Assembly (NCBI RefSeq): GCF_009914755.1
Contig: NC_060939.1
DNA length: 64,000 nucleotides
Strand: one strand, 5' to 3'
Source: the human T2T-CHM13v2.0 reference genome, Homo sapiens
In this document: positions 1-17,747 of the stretch, one piece after another
Layout: the number at the start of each line of letters is the position of its first letter
Numbering within the stretch: position 1 is the first letter of the stretch
Notes under the pieces: generated by a model
Told to the model about the DNA's origin: nothing
The model's input: only the letters and a program-made list of their open reading frames with translations
Databases searched by the model: none
Translations under genes and position numbers: made by a program

Positions 1-98
1 ATGTTGGCCAGGACGGTCTCGATCTCTTGACCTCATGATCTGCCCTCCTTGGCCTCCCAAAGTGCTGGGATTACAGGCATGAGCCACCACGCCCGGCC
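1..98 (-). mobile_element. Alu (AluS), cut by window edge
   Basis: cctcccaaagtgctgggattacaggcatgagccaccacgcccggcc. Confidence 0.95.
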
Positions 99-354
99 AA
101 TATTGTCTCTCTTTTTGTGATGTTAGCGGCCATTTTTAATGATGACAGACTCATTAATTTATTAGGGTTTCCAAAATAGTGCTAGTCTCACTCTGTCATT
201 TTTTCTTTATGAATAAGAATACATATAGAGACACAGACTTTTCCTCATCAACTGTTTTGTTACCCTGAGGTATAGTTCATATATGAAAAGCAGGATATAT
301 ACTTGACTCTTTCTGTTCATTTTCCAGGCTTTAAAATAATTTTAAATTTTGCAA

Positions 355-516
355 AATGAACTCAAGGAAGTCTGTATGCTTAATTAGCACTCTTTCTGCA
401 CCTATGTAAATAATTAGGCCAAATCTAATGAAGAAAGACCCTTTTTGTGATGGAGAATAACCTTTAAGATTAATCTGATCAAGAGGCGGGGAGACTGGCA
501 TTAAAACTTGTTAAAG

Positions 517-551
<35 letters not shown>
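355..551 (+). mobile_element. Probable ERV1 (MER4-group) internal fragment ending in an A32 run
   Basis: ctatgtaaataattaggccaaatctaatga resembles MER4-group internal sequence; A-run 520-551. Confidence 0.35.
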
Positions 552-553
<2 letters not shown>

Positions 554-924
554 CACTGGATATTCTGTCTAATGCACACTTCAGGGTTATTTCTGCCTTT
601 CAATGTCTTTATGCTATTTCAAAACTCTGCATAAAACTGATAAAACTGATAGTTTATCAACTGATAGTTGTATAAAACTGATAGTAGTGCAAATGATTCT
701 TGACGATACAAATGTAAAGGAATTTTGTCCAGTAGAACGTAACTGATTATTGCCCCACTGATATTGGCCACTTTTACATTTATTTGTAAATTTATTTCAG
801 CATTCCTGATTGCTTATATGTGTGCAGTGTTTGAATTAACCTTTGAACTGCTTGTAACATCTTACTGATTTCCTCATTAAATAATGAGTTAGACATAGTC
901 TTTGACACATGTCTATTTTTTTAA

Positions 925-1262
<338 letters not shown>

Positions 1263-1679
1263 TTAACAATATCATGAAATAGTATTTTGTCTGTTTGGTG
1301 GAGAGGGGAGTGAGTTTGAGTCATTATGAGCCAAGAACTTAAACACATTTGATAGTTTTAATCATCTGCATCATTAGACAGAGTCCACTCAAGTTGACAC
1401 CTGGGTCCTTTCAACACAACTCCAGTAGACCTTGACAGCTATCTGGCTTTCTGTATGAGAAGATAGCACAGGATCATCTTACAGTTTTCTACCCAAGAGA
1501 CCTATAATCAGCCATTTCTCCAGTAAGTCCAGGTTCCATTCAATGAGAATGGTATTCAGATACCATAATTTTTGTGCTACAGGTGCTGTTTGCTACTTGG
1601 AGCTTCATTGTTTTCAGTTGTCAGACATATCATGAGTTCACAATTATGTTTCTGATTTAAATTCAACACTACTAAGTTT

Positions 1680-2705
<1,026 letters not shown>

Positions 2706-3393
2706 TAGTCATACATAACAAAAAAACCGCAAACAAAACTATAAGGTTTTTATGTAACCATATTAATTTTACATCTGTATCTCCTTTCAACCATGCCAAA
2801 AACTATTTCTCAACATAATTAATCTGTTGGATTTAATTTCACAATATCCACACAACAGTCTCAAAATAACACCAATACAACTGCCGAAAAAAATGACTGA
2901 AAATAGTTTAACATTTATATTTCTTTTTATTCTTACATTACATTCTACCAGAAATAGTCAAATTATGGTGTTTTAAACTCACATGGTTCCTTTATATGTG
3001 GTTACGCTACTGATCAGGAACCCAGGTTCATTCCTTTTATTTCATTTTTTCTTGTTTAAGAATTGTTTCTAAAACTGAGTTTCATTTCTAATTACATAAA
3101 ATGATTCCAAAGTCAGGTCCATAAATGAAGTTTCACATAAGTCTGGCATTTATTCTGTTCCTCCACTCTATTTCCTCCCATTTATTAATAGGCAAGCATT
3201 TATTTTTTAATTTTATATTTTATCCTCCCATCATTTTTTAGTAAAAGTATATAATAGTAGCATAATACACACATTTTCTTTACTTACTTTTTTTGCACTT
3301 AATATGGTGAAGATCACTCGAAATAAGAACACACAAATAACCCTATTCCCTTCTACAACTGCCTAATACTTCATGGCACAGATGAATCACAGT

Positions 3394-3729
<336 letters not shown>

Positions 3730-4287
3730 AAATCACAATTTATTAAGCCAGATCCCTACTGATGAACATTTGGGTTATTTTTAGTCCTTTGCTATTTATT
3801 ATAAGTAGTGTTGCAACGAACTGCCTTGTTCATATATCTTTTTATAGGTTTCCCAGCATGGCTTTGGGATATATTCTTAGAAGTGGCATTGCTGGATCAA
3901 CGGATAAATGTTTGTTTAATGTGCTAGACATTACCACATTCCTCATCATACGACTGGTACTATTTTTCATTCCCACTAACAATGTATGAGAAGGATAAGA
4001 TCTTACTTTTTCTGTTAATACCTTAAAAATGTAAGCTAAATTAAATTTAGGAAAATAACTGGTATTACCATTCTCTACCGTAACTATAATGTATACCCCT
4101 CAGCTGTAGTTAAATTTATTTTCCTTAAAAATGTACATGGGAGACAGAATTCATAAGAGGATATTTTGTTCATTTAGGAACTATTTCAAGTTCATAATGT
4201 TAGCAGTATCTCAGCAATGGTTTTAATAACTGCAGAGTCTGACAGCATCCCTTGGGAAAGTTAGGTCACATAGAAAGGGCCAACTTT

Positions 4288-4653
<366 letters not shown>

Positions 4654-4849
4654 TCATTCAAATGATATGTAAATAAACTGGCCTGCACAGCTTTGAAATT
4701 GAGGTCAAAAAATAGTTGCTGAAAACATCACGAAAGCAAACCTACACAGAAGCCAACAAGAGACTACCCTGAGACTTAGTAAGTGCTGAACAACACAGAT
4801 GCTACGAAAGTCAAGGAGGTAAGAGACAATAAGATCTTTTTGCCTGTTT

Positions 4850-5315
4850 ATTGTTTTTTTTTAATTGTGGTAAAATATCCATAATAAAAACGTACTTGCA
4901 TTTTCTAATTTGTTTTTTAAACTGTGGTAAAATATTCATAACATGAAGTTTACCTTTATTCCCATTTTTACGTGTGCAGTTTAATGACATTAAGTATGTT
5001 CACACTGTTGTGGAATGATCATCACTATCCATTTCCAGAGAATGTTTTGTCTTCTCAAACTGAAACTCCATACCCATTAAACAATCATTCCTTATCCTCC
5101 CTCCTCCTAGCCCCTAGCAATCACCACCATTCTACTTTCTGTCCCTTGAAATTTGATTACTCTAGATATGTTACATACGGGAAATCATACAGTACTCTTC
5201 CTTTGGTGACTGGCTGATTTCACTTATAGCATAATGTCTTCAAGGTTCATCCATATTGTAGCATGTGTCAGAATTTCCTTCCTTTTCAAGGCTATTCGAA
5301 TAATATTCCATTGTT
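4850..5315 (-). mobile_element. L1MB 3' end
   Basis: ttaattgtggtaaaatat...agcataatgtcttcaaggttcatccat. Confidence 0.8.
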
Positions 5316-5684
5316 CCAGAAATTGGTCCTGCCAATGAAACAACTTTTCTGAGTGGGCAAGAACTTTGAATCAACTATTTCATAACTCTGGAAGCTGGCT
5401 GAACACTTGTAGCATCCAGAGGGATAATCTGATAAAGAAAGAGGTTGGCATTCAAGGAAATCTCCATCAGGTCTTTGGCTGACCATGGATATAATGGAAT
5501 AGAGACTTTAGTGATCACACACAATGAGGAATAAAATCTGCTCAAAATTAGTTTGGAAAAGTCACTAAAGAAATGGATGGCTACAGCTCTCAAAAAGCAG
5601 TTATCAGGCATCATTAAGGAGGGAAGATAATCTGATTTCAGAGTCACCACATTACAATATTCAAAATGTCCAATTCTCAAATAT

Positions 5685-6358
5685 TTCCTTCTTGACCAAT
5701 CTCTAGCACTTGAACAAAATATTAACATAGATTCTAACAGCTCAAGGCCACATCCCTAGGATGGCTCTAGCTCCCCCTAAAGTACCTGCCTGAGAAAATT
5801 CAAGGCTGCCAAAAGAGTTTACTGTTAGTTCCAGCCGACACTTGAAGACACCCTGTGTCCCAGCATCTGTGGGAGGGTAGGAGCCTAACTTTGATAAGCA
5901 CTAGCTAACAATCCCAGATGGGTTTCACACAGGCCAATCCCTACTTTCCACTTTTGGTAATTTTTCACTTCCTTGACTTTACTAACCACCCCCTACACCC
6001 TGCTCACCCTCCCTCCTGATTCTTCATTCTTCCTTTAAAACACCTAGTGAAGCCTGGCACAGTGGCTCACACCTACAATCCCAGCACTTCAGGAGGCCAA
6101 GGCAGGCAGATCACTTGAGCCCAGGAGTTAGATACCAGCCTGAGCAACATGGTGAAATCCCATTTACATATATATATATATGAAGAAAAAAATGCAATTA
6201 TTAAAAAATCAAAACAAAACAAAAGCCCAGAAACCTCTGTACAAATTGAAGTTGAGTTCAGTTAACACCGGGCTCTTTTCCATAGTGTAACAGTTTATTA
6301 CTCATTAAAATCTGCCCTTTCCGTTTTAACTGGTGTCCAGCTTTGTGTATCTCTGGCA
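5685..6358. mobile_element. MER31-like ERV1 LTR, split by an Alu monomer (6051-6167) and (TA)n
   Basis: ctctgtacaaattgaagttgagttcag; attaaaatctg; recalled MER31 similarity. Confidence 0.65.
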
Positions 6359-7485
6359 GAAACACATGAATTAACAAAAGTGATTCAAGACAAAATAGAA
6401 ATTCTCAATATCTGTATAACAAGGAAGGAGACTGAATCAGGAATCAAAAATCCTCCCAACAAAGAAACGTCTGGGCCTATTTGGGGTCTCTGGTGAATAC
6501 TCTCAAACATCTAAGGAATTAACACCAGTCTTATGCAAACTCTCTCAAAAACTGAAGGAGAGGGAGCACTTCCTAACTCATTTCATGAGGCAGGATTACC
6601 CTGGTACCGAAGTCAGACAAAGACACTACAAGAAAAGTAAACCATAGACTAACATCACTTATGAATATACACAGAAAATCCTCAATACATTTCAGAAGAT
6701 TAAATCATACAAAGTACCTACTCTGACCAAAATAAAGTGAAGTTAAAAATCAGTAACAGAAAGAAAACTGGAAGGAAACAAAAGGAAATTGGATTCTACT
6801 CCGTGACCAAGTGGGATTTACTTCAGGAATGCAAGAAAGTCGATCAATGTAATACACAACATCAATACATTGAAGAAGAAAAAAAAGCACATCATCATCT
6901 CAACACAGAAAAACCATTTGACCCAATTTGAGAATTCTTATCTTTCAGAGACACGTGCCAAAATATTTACAGGTAAAATCATATATGGCATTTGTTTCTA
7001 AGTAATCTGGACTAGGGAGGAATACAAAGTAGTTGAACTGGGTGGGGATACAGACGAAATAAGATTATCCACATATTGAATCTTGTACCTCATCTTTCTA
7101 CTTTCACGTTTGAAATTTTCTAAAATAAAAAATTTAAAAACAGATGAAAAGACATTTTAAGAGAATACTTTTAAAATAAGGCAGGAAGGAAACTGGAAAT
7201 ATGTTAATATAATACTAAAAAGCATTATTAGGAATAAAGAGAGTCTAAAAGCAACAATTCTCCAGGAGGAGATAATGATGCTAAACCTGTTTCGCCTTTA
7301 CAAATACAGCCTGAAAATATATAAAATAAAAAACAAGACTTAACAAAATCATAATGAGAGATCTTTCCCATTGCTTAGAAATAGATTACGCAATAAAAAT
7401 AGACTATATAATATTTGAACAACACAATTAACAAGCTTTAGGTAATAAACATACTGTGAACATATCAAAAACACGTACACAGCTG

Positions 7486-7876
<391 letters not shown>

Positions 7877-8518
7877 GAAAAGACAAAAAGAAAACATACT
7901 GAATTCACTTCTTTTTTAAAGGACACTTGGAACATACCAAAAGCTAACCACATATTAGGCCAAAGACCATGTTAAAATATTTTAAAAACTGATTTTATAC
8001 GCAACATTTTATCTCACTCAAAGCAATTTTTTAAAAAATCAAAGACCAACAACAAAAAGCATAGTTCAAATCCAAATATTGGAAAATTTAAAAAGATCAC
8101 TCACTTGCAATTAGAATCAAAGACAAATCAAAACAGATATTAGGAAATATTTAGCATTGAATATAACAAAAATACATCTGAGAATTTATCAAATATGAGC
8201 AATATTGTAAAGATAAATATATTGCCTTAAATGAATTAGAAATGAAAATCAATTGACTAAGTATCTACTCCAGAAATAAAAAAAAAAAAGAACCACTAAG
8301 TAAACCCAAGGAAAGTAAAAAGAAAGGAAACATAAAGTAATTAAATCAAAAAGGGAAACAATAAAAAAGATCAATACAACAAAAGTTTCTTGAAAATACT
8401 GATAAAATAAATAAACTCCCAGCACAAATGGCTCCAGAAAAAAAAAAAAAAAGGGCGAAGGCAAAAAATAATTCTGGGAGTACAAAAAGAAAGAGAATCT
8501 ATAAGTAAAGATGCATGG

Positions 8519-9390
8519 TGTTATGATATATACATATTGGTTTCCTTTTATGGTTCCTGTTTCCTAACTCCCATAATCTTCGTTATACTGTTGGGGTTCT
8601 TTAGGCCTCAGGCAACAGAATCTCTCTCTCTGACCTTCTCCTGTCTTTCTTTCATCTGCCCCAGTCAGGCCTCTGATTGTGGGTCAAAAGACCCTCATTT
8701 CAGAAAAGAGTCCTGCCCCAAACCCTAGAGGAAGGAATGCTACACAGAGAGGCCAAGAAAACTCTGAGCAGACAGGCCTTGCTGGCTTTAGCTCGTGTGC
8801 GTTTTTGTCCAATCACATTTCTGCACAGTTGTCAATCATGCCTATGTAATGAAGCTTCCATAAAAACCCAAAAGGACAGGGTTCAGAGAGCGTCCAGACT
8901 GCTCAACATGCGGTGGTTCCGGTAGGGTGGCGTGCCCAGGGAAGGCATGGAAGCTCCACACACCTTCCCCATACCTTGCCCTATGCATCTCTTCATCTGT
9001 GTCTTTTGCAATACCCTTTATAATAAACCAGTAAACGTAAGTGTTTCCCTGAGTTGTGTGGACTGCTCTTGCAAATTATTTGAACCCAAAGAGGACATCA
9101 TCAGAACCCCAACTTGAAGACCATTGGTCAAAAGTTCCAGAGGCCTGGACTTGTGACTAGTGTCCTGAGAGTGGGCAGTCTTGGGGACTAAGCCCTCATC
9201 CTGTGGGATCTGACACTATCTCCAGGTAGATAGTGTTGGAACTGAATTGGAGGACACCCAGCTGGTATCTGCTGCTTCCTCCGTAGGGGAAACCCCCTAC
9301 ACATTTGATCACAGAAGTCTTCTTCTGTGTTGATGATTGTTGTGGTGTGAGAGCAGAGGAAAAACGAAGTTTGAGAGTTTTTTCTCTAAA
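8519..9390 (+). mobile_element. MER21A-like solo LTR
   Basis: tgttatgatatata...ggttcctg...aactcccata; AATAAA 9022-9027. Confidence 0.75.
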
Positions 9391-10233
9391 AAAGATGTAA
9401 AAGAATTATTTTTAAATCAAAGGACAATACTAAGAAATGCTTTCTACTAATTATATCAGAAAATATATGAAAACATCTTCTAGAAAATACAAGTGACCAA
9501 AACCAATTTCAAAAGAAGAGAAAACCTGAACATAATCTTGAGAAAAATATCAGTAAAAATCTACCCACAAAAAACACCAGGCCCACAGCCTTTCACATGT
9601 AGATTTGTTCCAAACTTTCGAAAACATCTAATCTTCTGATAACAGGGCAAAAGGCAAGCTTCCCAATGCATTTATAAGACCAAAAGGTTTTCTATTTCCT
9701 GAACAATTCAGTGCAATAGCTGTTAAGTGGGACAGAACAAGTTCCATGTCCTGGGAGAGGCCAAGGTCACCTGAGTGGGGTTAGAGCTCTAGCAATGGGT
9801 GGAGGGTGACTGCACAGAAAAGCCAGTTATGTGGGACATTGGAGCCCACGTGGGAAGCTAAGCGCACCCATGTGGATGGTGTGGCAGAGAGGATAGTGGA
9901 TTGGTTATTTATAAGAGGAATTAATCAAATAAGTAAATATGGTAAAGATAATAGGTGCTAAGTTTCTCAAACCAGAATACACACAGCGGTGCTGTATTGC
10001 AAATGGCAGTATCAGTGTAATCTCATAGTCTTCAGTGCTGTGTAGATGACTGATAGATAAATATCCTATAACTTCATCACCTAGAGGGCTGGAAGCAATG
10101 ATATTTCCCATAGGCATGAGCAAACCTAGCAACCTTGTTTCTGAATTCCATTCTCCACCAAAAGAAACCGGAGCTCTTTAGGAAAAGGATTAATTCCAGG
10201 CCTAGGGCAGGGAGAGTTAAAGTCTGAACTCCT

Positions 10234-10574
<341 letters not shown>

Positions 10575-11726
10575 TCAATAAATGATGTTGGGGCATGTTA
10601 AAGATGCAAAAGCCAGCTTTAAGGGGCTCCCACTGGCCAAATCAGGGACAATTTGAGTATTGAAATATGTAATGATAATAAAAGATTAGATAATAAGTTA
10701 ATGATAATAAGAGACCCATGGGTCTATACAAAGTCTCAAAGTGTCTCCACACAAGTTATTTGTTTACCTTAAAGGAGAAAACTCTGCAGTGGAGGCACAT
10801 GACAGAAATCCACCTTAACCAAAGTGATCAAGGTTTCAAAATAACAGGACAAATTGAAATTTTGTGCCACCTGATAGGATCCAAAAATAACACAGCATTG
10901 CTTCTGTGATATTCTTCCCAAAGATGCATAATTCAAATCCAATCATGAAGAAACAGCAGACAAACCCCAGCTGAAGGATGTTCTACAGAAAACAGGCCCG
11001 TATTCTTCAAGTGAAGGTCATAATAGTCAAGGAAAGACTTAGGAACTACTGGCAATAGGAAGGAGACTAAAGAAACATAACTAAATAGTTCAGGGAACAA
11101 ATTATTTTGCACTGGGCTTGCAACTTTTCTGTAAATTTGAGGTTATCTCTAAGTAAATTAGCATAACCTCAAAAATAATGATAATATAGGAAAATTAAAG
11201 ACTAACCCCCCCTTATGTCAAAAGATGCAAAATTATACATTTTGAGCTATATGTATTTAAAAATTTTATCAACAACTGTTTGTCTCCAAAATGCAAGAAT
11301 GTTTAGATATCAGAAAACTGTATGTTATTACACCAAATTATATGCCCCAAAAAACAAATTTACAGAGTAAATAAGACATTTTAATCATATTAGCAGGTAA
11401 ATAAAGAGCATATATACATCCAAAGTCATTCATAGTTTTTTTTCTGAACATCTCTAAGCAAGCTAGGACTGAAGGGGTAACTAAATAGCCCAATAAAAGG
11501 TATTTATAGGGGAAAAAAACTCTTAACAGCAAACATCACACTCTATGGCAAAACTTAAAATTATTTCCTTTAAAATCAAGAATAAGGAATCAGAAACATC
11601 CTTAGAGCCTGCTGTAACTGCTTCTTTTCAATAATATATTGCATTTTCAGCCAATGCAAAAAAGACTAAAATAAAAGGCTTTAAGAATTGAAAAAGAAGA
11701 CAGGCATATGATGCTAAAGAATTATA

Positions 11727-12022
11727 GGCTGGGCGAGGTGGCTCATGCCTGTAATCCTAGCACTTTAGGAGGCCGAGGCGGGCAGATTACCTAAAGTCAG
11801 GAGTTTGAGACCACCCTGGCCAACATGGCAAAACCCCGTCTCTACTAAAAGTACAAAAATTAGCCGGACGTGGTGGCGGGCACCTGTAATCCCAGCTACT
11901 CAGGAGGCTGAGGCAGGAGAATCGCTTGAATCCAGGAGGCAGAGATTGCACTGAGCCAAGATTGTGCCAATGCACTCCAGCCTGGGCGACAAGAGCAAGA
12001 CTCCGTCTCAAAAAGAAAAAAA
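11727..12022 (+). mobile_element. AluSq/Sx
   Basis: Dimeric Alu; TSD aaagaatta(t/c)a. Confidence 0.95.
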
Positions 12023-13784
12023 GAATTACAGTATGGTATTTGCAAATGGATAGCAAATAAACCAATTCAGTCCTAGCCATAAATTTATCTATACATGGGA
12101 CATTGCTACAAAATACTGAGTGTCATAAATCAGTGTGGAAAGTATAAATGATGAAAAACTGGTGCTAGGCTATCCATATAGGAAAAATACAAAAACTATT
12201 TCCATACCTCACATCATACACAAAAGCAGATTAAAAGCATAAAATGTGAAGATCAAAACTTTGAACACTTAGGGAAAAAAGGCAGAAAACATATTTACAA
12301 TTTTAGGATTAGGGGAATTTTTTAAAGCACTATACACAAATGTAGCTCTTATAAACACTAATGATCGTAACACATTTAGGTCAAATGATCTGTATGACCA
12401 AAAGAAGTGAAAATGTGGGAGAAGGTATTTGCACTAGATAGATAGAGCAGACCATGGATTAACATGTAGAACATATAAAGATGTCTTACAAATCAATAGA
12501 AATAGGTCTAAGACATGAAATCTGACACTCAAAAAGGAGTGAGAGCAAAAGATAGGCAGATACTTAACATTACTAGTAAGCAACAGGTATAAGTTAATAC
12601 CGTAATAAATTATCATTTCACACTGTACCAGAATGGCTGAAAAGATACTGAAAAGGCCAAGTGTTCACAGGGGGTGAAGGTGGAGGGATTGGTAAACAAA
12701 AACAAAACAAAACTGTATAAAATGTTGATGGGAGTGTAACTTGACACAAGCTCAAGAGCAGCTTGGCAATAGTCCTTGATTGCTCCATTTGTTTCTGGCT
12801 GGAGAAACTCACACATGTGCCTAAAGAAGTACTGTACAATGCCTGCAAATCTCAAAGAACTGGAAAGACCTTAAATGTCCAGACATTAAGGAATGGATAG
12901 TTATTTTTCCCCCATAAAAGAACAATTAAAATGAGTGAATCAGGTCTACATATATCCACATGGCTGAATCTCAAATACATAATGGTGAGTGAGTACAGCA
13001 AGTTGCATAAGGACACACGTAACACCGCTTATATAAATCATGAAAGCCCACAAAATAAAACTCTATATTGGTTATGTATATATACATGTATAGTAAAATT
13101 ATAAAGTCATACAACAGCCCGATAGCCACAGACTTTTGTTACCTCTGGGGAGGGTGAGAAGGAAAAGATATAAGGCCTTGATGTGGCCTCTGATGTTTCA
13201 TATTTTAAAATTTGAAACAAGATTATCGATGGTAAATTGCTAACACCTCTGAGAAAAGCGGGGGGAATTTTGCCTCAGATATAACTGGTGGTGACTGCTG
13301 GGTAATAATTTTTATTATACAGGTGAGAATGCGAGTATCAGAGGGCATGAGGAGGAGAAAGCTGAGTCAGGGAGGTAAGGGGACCAGGAGGCAGGAAGGA
13401 GTTTATACACTGAAATAAAATGCAGATCAAGAAGAAATGCCTGTAAGGGCCAAACATATTCCACTGATGAAACAAATGCAAATCCCAATTCAACAGAATG
13501 AAATAAAACCCAGTAACCTATCACATTCCTCCATACTCACTATAGACTCTTTTAAATGACATTCCGTCCAGTGTTGATGAAGTTCACTTTTTTCCCCGAG
13601 TGAAAAATATTTGCCTTATTTCAAGGTTAATTTGCAGCACCTCCCCCTAAAACAATTAACTTATTTGCCCACTGAATAAAACGTGTTGAATCTCTGCATT
13701 AAAAACAGCATCTGCTACACGTAATGGAGGAACACAATGGGACTATGAACTCTTCTAGTTCATTTGGTGCATAAAACTATTATA

Positions 13785-13930
13785 TAGCTATTATTTTTCT
13801 CATTTTACAGATAAATTGAGATTCAGAGAGCTTAAAACCTACCCCCACAACCACCATGCTGACAAGTTAGCATGAGCCGTAATTCAAATTCAGTTTGCCA
13901 GACAGCCCCAAGACCCATACCCTTTTCCCT
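13785..13930 (-). mobile_element. MIR
   Basis: ctcattttacagataaattgag MIR core; a second MIR-like piece at about 14195-14320. Confidence 0.6.
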
Positions 13931-14499
13931 ATACCTAACTCCCTAGGAGGTAGATCTTATGTCCTGCTCTTATGTTCTATGTGGGGCACACTCACCATAC
14001 ACGTTATATTTCCCCATACAATAGAGTGAGACTAGAGGACTATCTTTTGAACCAGGAATTGCTCTCCTAGGAATGATTTGGAAAAAAAGATAAAGAAAAG
14101 TTATATTTAAAAAGTGGCAGCTCCAGACCAAGGAGAATAAAAAATAAAAACATTAAAGAATAACAAATAAAATTCTCCACATCACGGACTAAAACCATTT
14201 TACAGGTCAAGAAACATCTGCATACAAACTAAGGAACCTATGTAAATTCATATACTAGTTATGGTGGGGCCAGGATCTCAACCCAGACAGTCCGATTCCC
14301 AAACAGGCATGGTTAATGGTTACGCTATTGTTTTATAAGCCTTTTTGAGATCCACAGTGAGAAATATATTTCACCTCATGATCCTGATTTTGTTTCACAC
14401 AAAAGTGAAACAACTTCTACAAAACAGCATTGACCTTAATATGTAGCAAAAACTTTAAGATGTTGATTTCCAGTCATGAAATTCTCTCATGACCCACGA

Positions 14500-14547
14500 T
14501 TTAAAAAACACACAATGCTTAAGTGCTTCAAAAATACAGTATTTATT
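14500..14547 (-). terminator. NSMCE3 poly(A) signal (AATAAA 14547-14542) with downstream GU/U-rich element
   Basis: + strand tttatt at 14542-14547; the - strand reads ...AAGCATTGTGTGTTTTTT about 25-45 nt downstream, which fits cleavage near 14520-14527. Confidence 0.75.
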
Positions 14548-14769
14548 GTAATAACTACAGTAGCAAGAAGAAAAAAACGAAGTGGAACTACGTGTTTAGC
14601 AGCAGAGCTGAATAATTATGAATATAAACAATTACTATTGGGAGAAAATACATTACACTCATTGCTTGGAACCATGAATAATACTTATATATGTACGAAA
14701 TATAGAAAAATAAAATAGGTTAACATAATAAGGATATAGGCAATTATTTTTTTTAATTTTATAAAAACT

Positions 14770-14825
14770 TTTATTTTTCCTTACAAACTGGGGTAGTTAG
14801 GAGACCTGATAATAGCTTTTTTATT
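14770..14825 (-). terminator. Two additional proximal AATAAA hexamers in the NSMCE3 3' UTR
   Basis: tttatt at 14770-14775 and 14820-14825. Confidence 0.4.
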
Positions 14826-15160
14826 TTCTTGGCACCAAAGCAACTTACTTATGTGTTCCTTCTTGCATTATCTGTTCCAGATCATAGTCAAGTTTTCCAA
14901 TTCGTTTTACTAAGCTAGCAAAATTTTTTATACCAAAAAGAGTAAAATCAAAACAAATGCTCCTTTGTTTATAGATGAAAATCTGGAGCAAAATAACACA
15001 ACATTAAAAAAACAAAACTTTGCAAACACATCCTAAAGCTACACACATTGAAGCGTTTACAGCAATATGCTCCCTGGGTTCGTTCTCCCTTCCCCCAATC
15101 CTCTAAACTGTGCCTTTGGGTCTCAGACCCTTGTCCCGGGGGTCCCTCTGAATCCACCTT

Positions 15161-16390
<1,230 letters not shown>

Positions 16391-17747
16391 CTAAATTCAG
16401 ACCACACAGGCTCAGGCAAGTTTTACAGACAGTATTATGAGTTTCTAAATCGGGAGCATTTGTAAACGGAAAGAATTCAGAGGATGAACGTGTGAGAAAA
16501 AAAAAAGGTGAAGAGGAAGGGCCGACCGTGGAAGTAAAGTAAAAACATTTATTTCTACACAAAATGTAGAAGGACATAAAAGACCCAGAGGGCTCTTAGT
16601 TTTCGTCCCTCCACCCAATTTCATACCCTCCATCCCACTGCCCCCAGTTACTTTCTCTAATGCCCCGTGGAGTCTGTTAAAAACCAAAGTCGGCTGCAGG
16701 CTTTCTGCGCAAGCAGGACTTCAGTTTCACTATTTCCGTATTTATATTCTCTGCATTAAACTCCTTTAGCTAGACAACTATGAGAAGACCACAAAAAACG
16801 TGTCAGTATTAGGTAAATGTTTTAGCTTGGTCACATGGGTTTATCTTTTGGAAAACAACTGCTTTCGTCACAACCACAATTTTAGCAGAAATGGGTAAGA
16901 GGAATGCTGCAAACAAACGTGCACTCTCAAGAGATTACTACTTAATTTGGGGCATCACTGATCAAGAATTGCAATAATGTGGAGCTCTTAAATTTCTTAA
17001 TTCATAATATATTAGCTTTGAGGAAAAAAAAGAGAACACTGGGGGATTTATCTCTCATCTATGATGTGATATACAGTCTCTACTGTATATTTTAATTGTG
17101 CAACTCAAGTAGCCAAAATGAGTCATTTCATTAACTCAAACCATCAGCAGTCTGCTGCCATGACTTCTACAGATCTTAGCAAATTTGTTTCTTCTCTATT
17201 TACTTGCAAAGAAGAAACTGAATTTCCCTGTGTCTTTTTAAAGCTACCCAGAAAGTGGATAAACTCTTCAAAGAACCAAATTGAGTTCCTCTTTAATGCA
17301 AATATATTCAAAGGAAAGCAATTTAGAACACATTATCTGAGTAATAGCATCAAACACAACCTTATTAAAATTTTGTTAATTGTTAGTAGCATAACACTTT
17401 TGTTTGTAATTCAGTAGGAAAATGCAATCTGATAATGGCACTGGAACTGCAATAGTAAATGTAAAATCATATTCCATGAACTAATGCAAGTATGCTAAAA
17501 TCTGGTATGCAATGAGTAATAACTTACTGTTCCACACAAGATGCAACTATATCCTCAGGCATCAATTTTAATGACAAAGGCCTACTATGAAAAACAAATA
17601 TATTATCAAGGCATTCATTTTTTTACAATGAGAAAATTCATCTGCTTCAGTTTCCTTGCAAATTAAAATCTGGACTTAGGTTCATAGAAGCTTCCTGCCA
17701 TCTAGAATTCTGCAAAAGGTCCCTACTGCAGGATGTGGATGTTGTAT

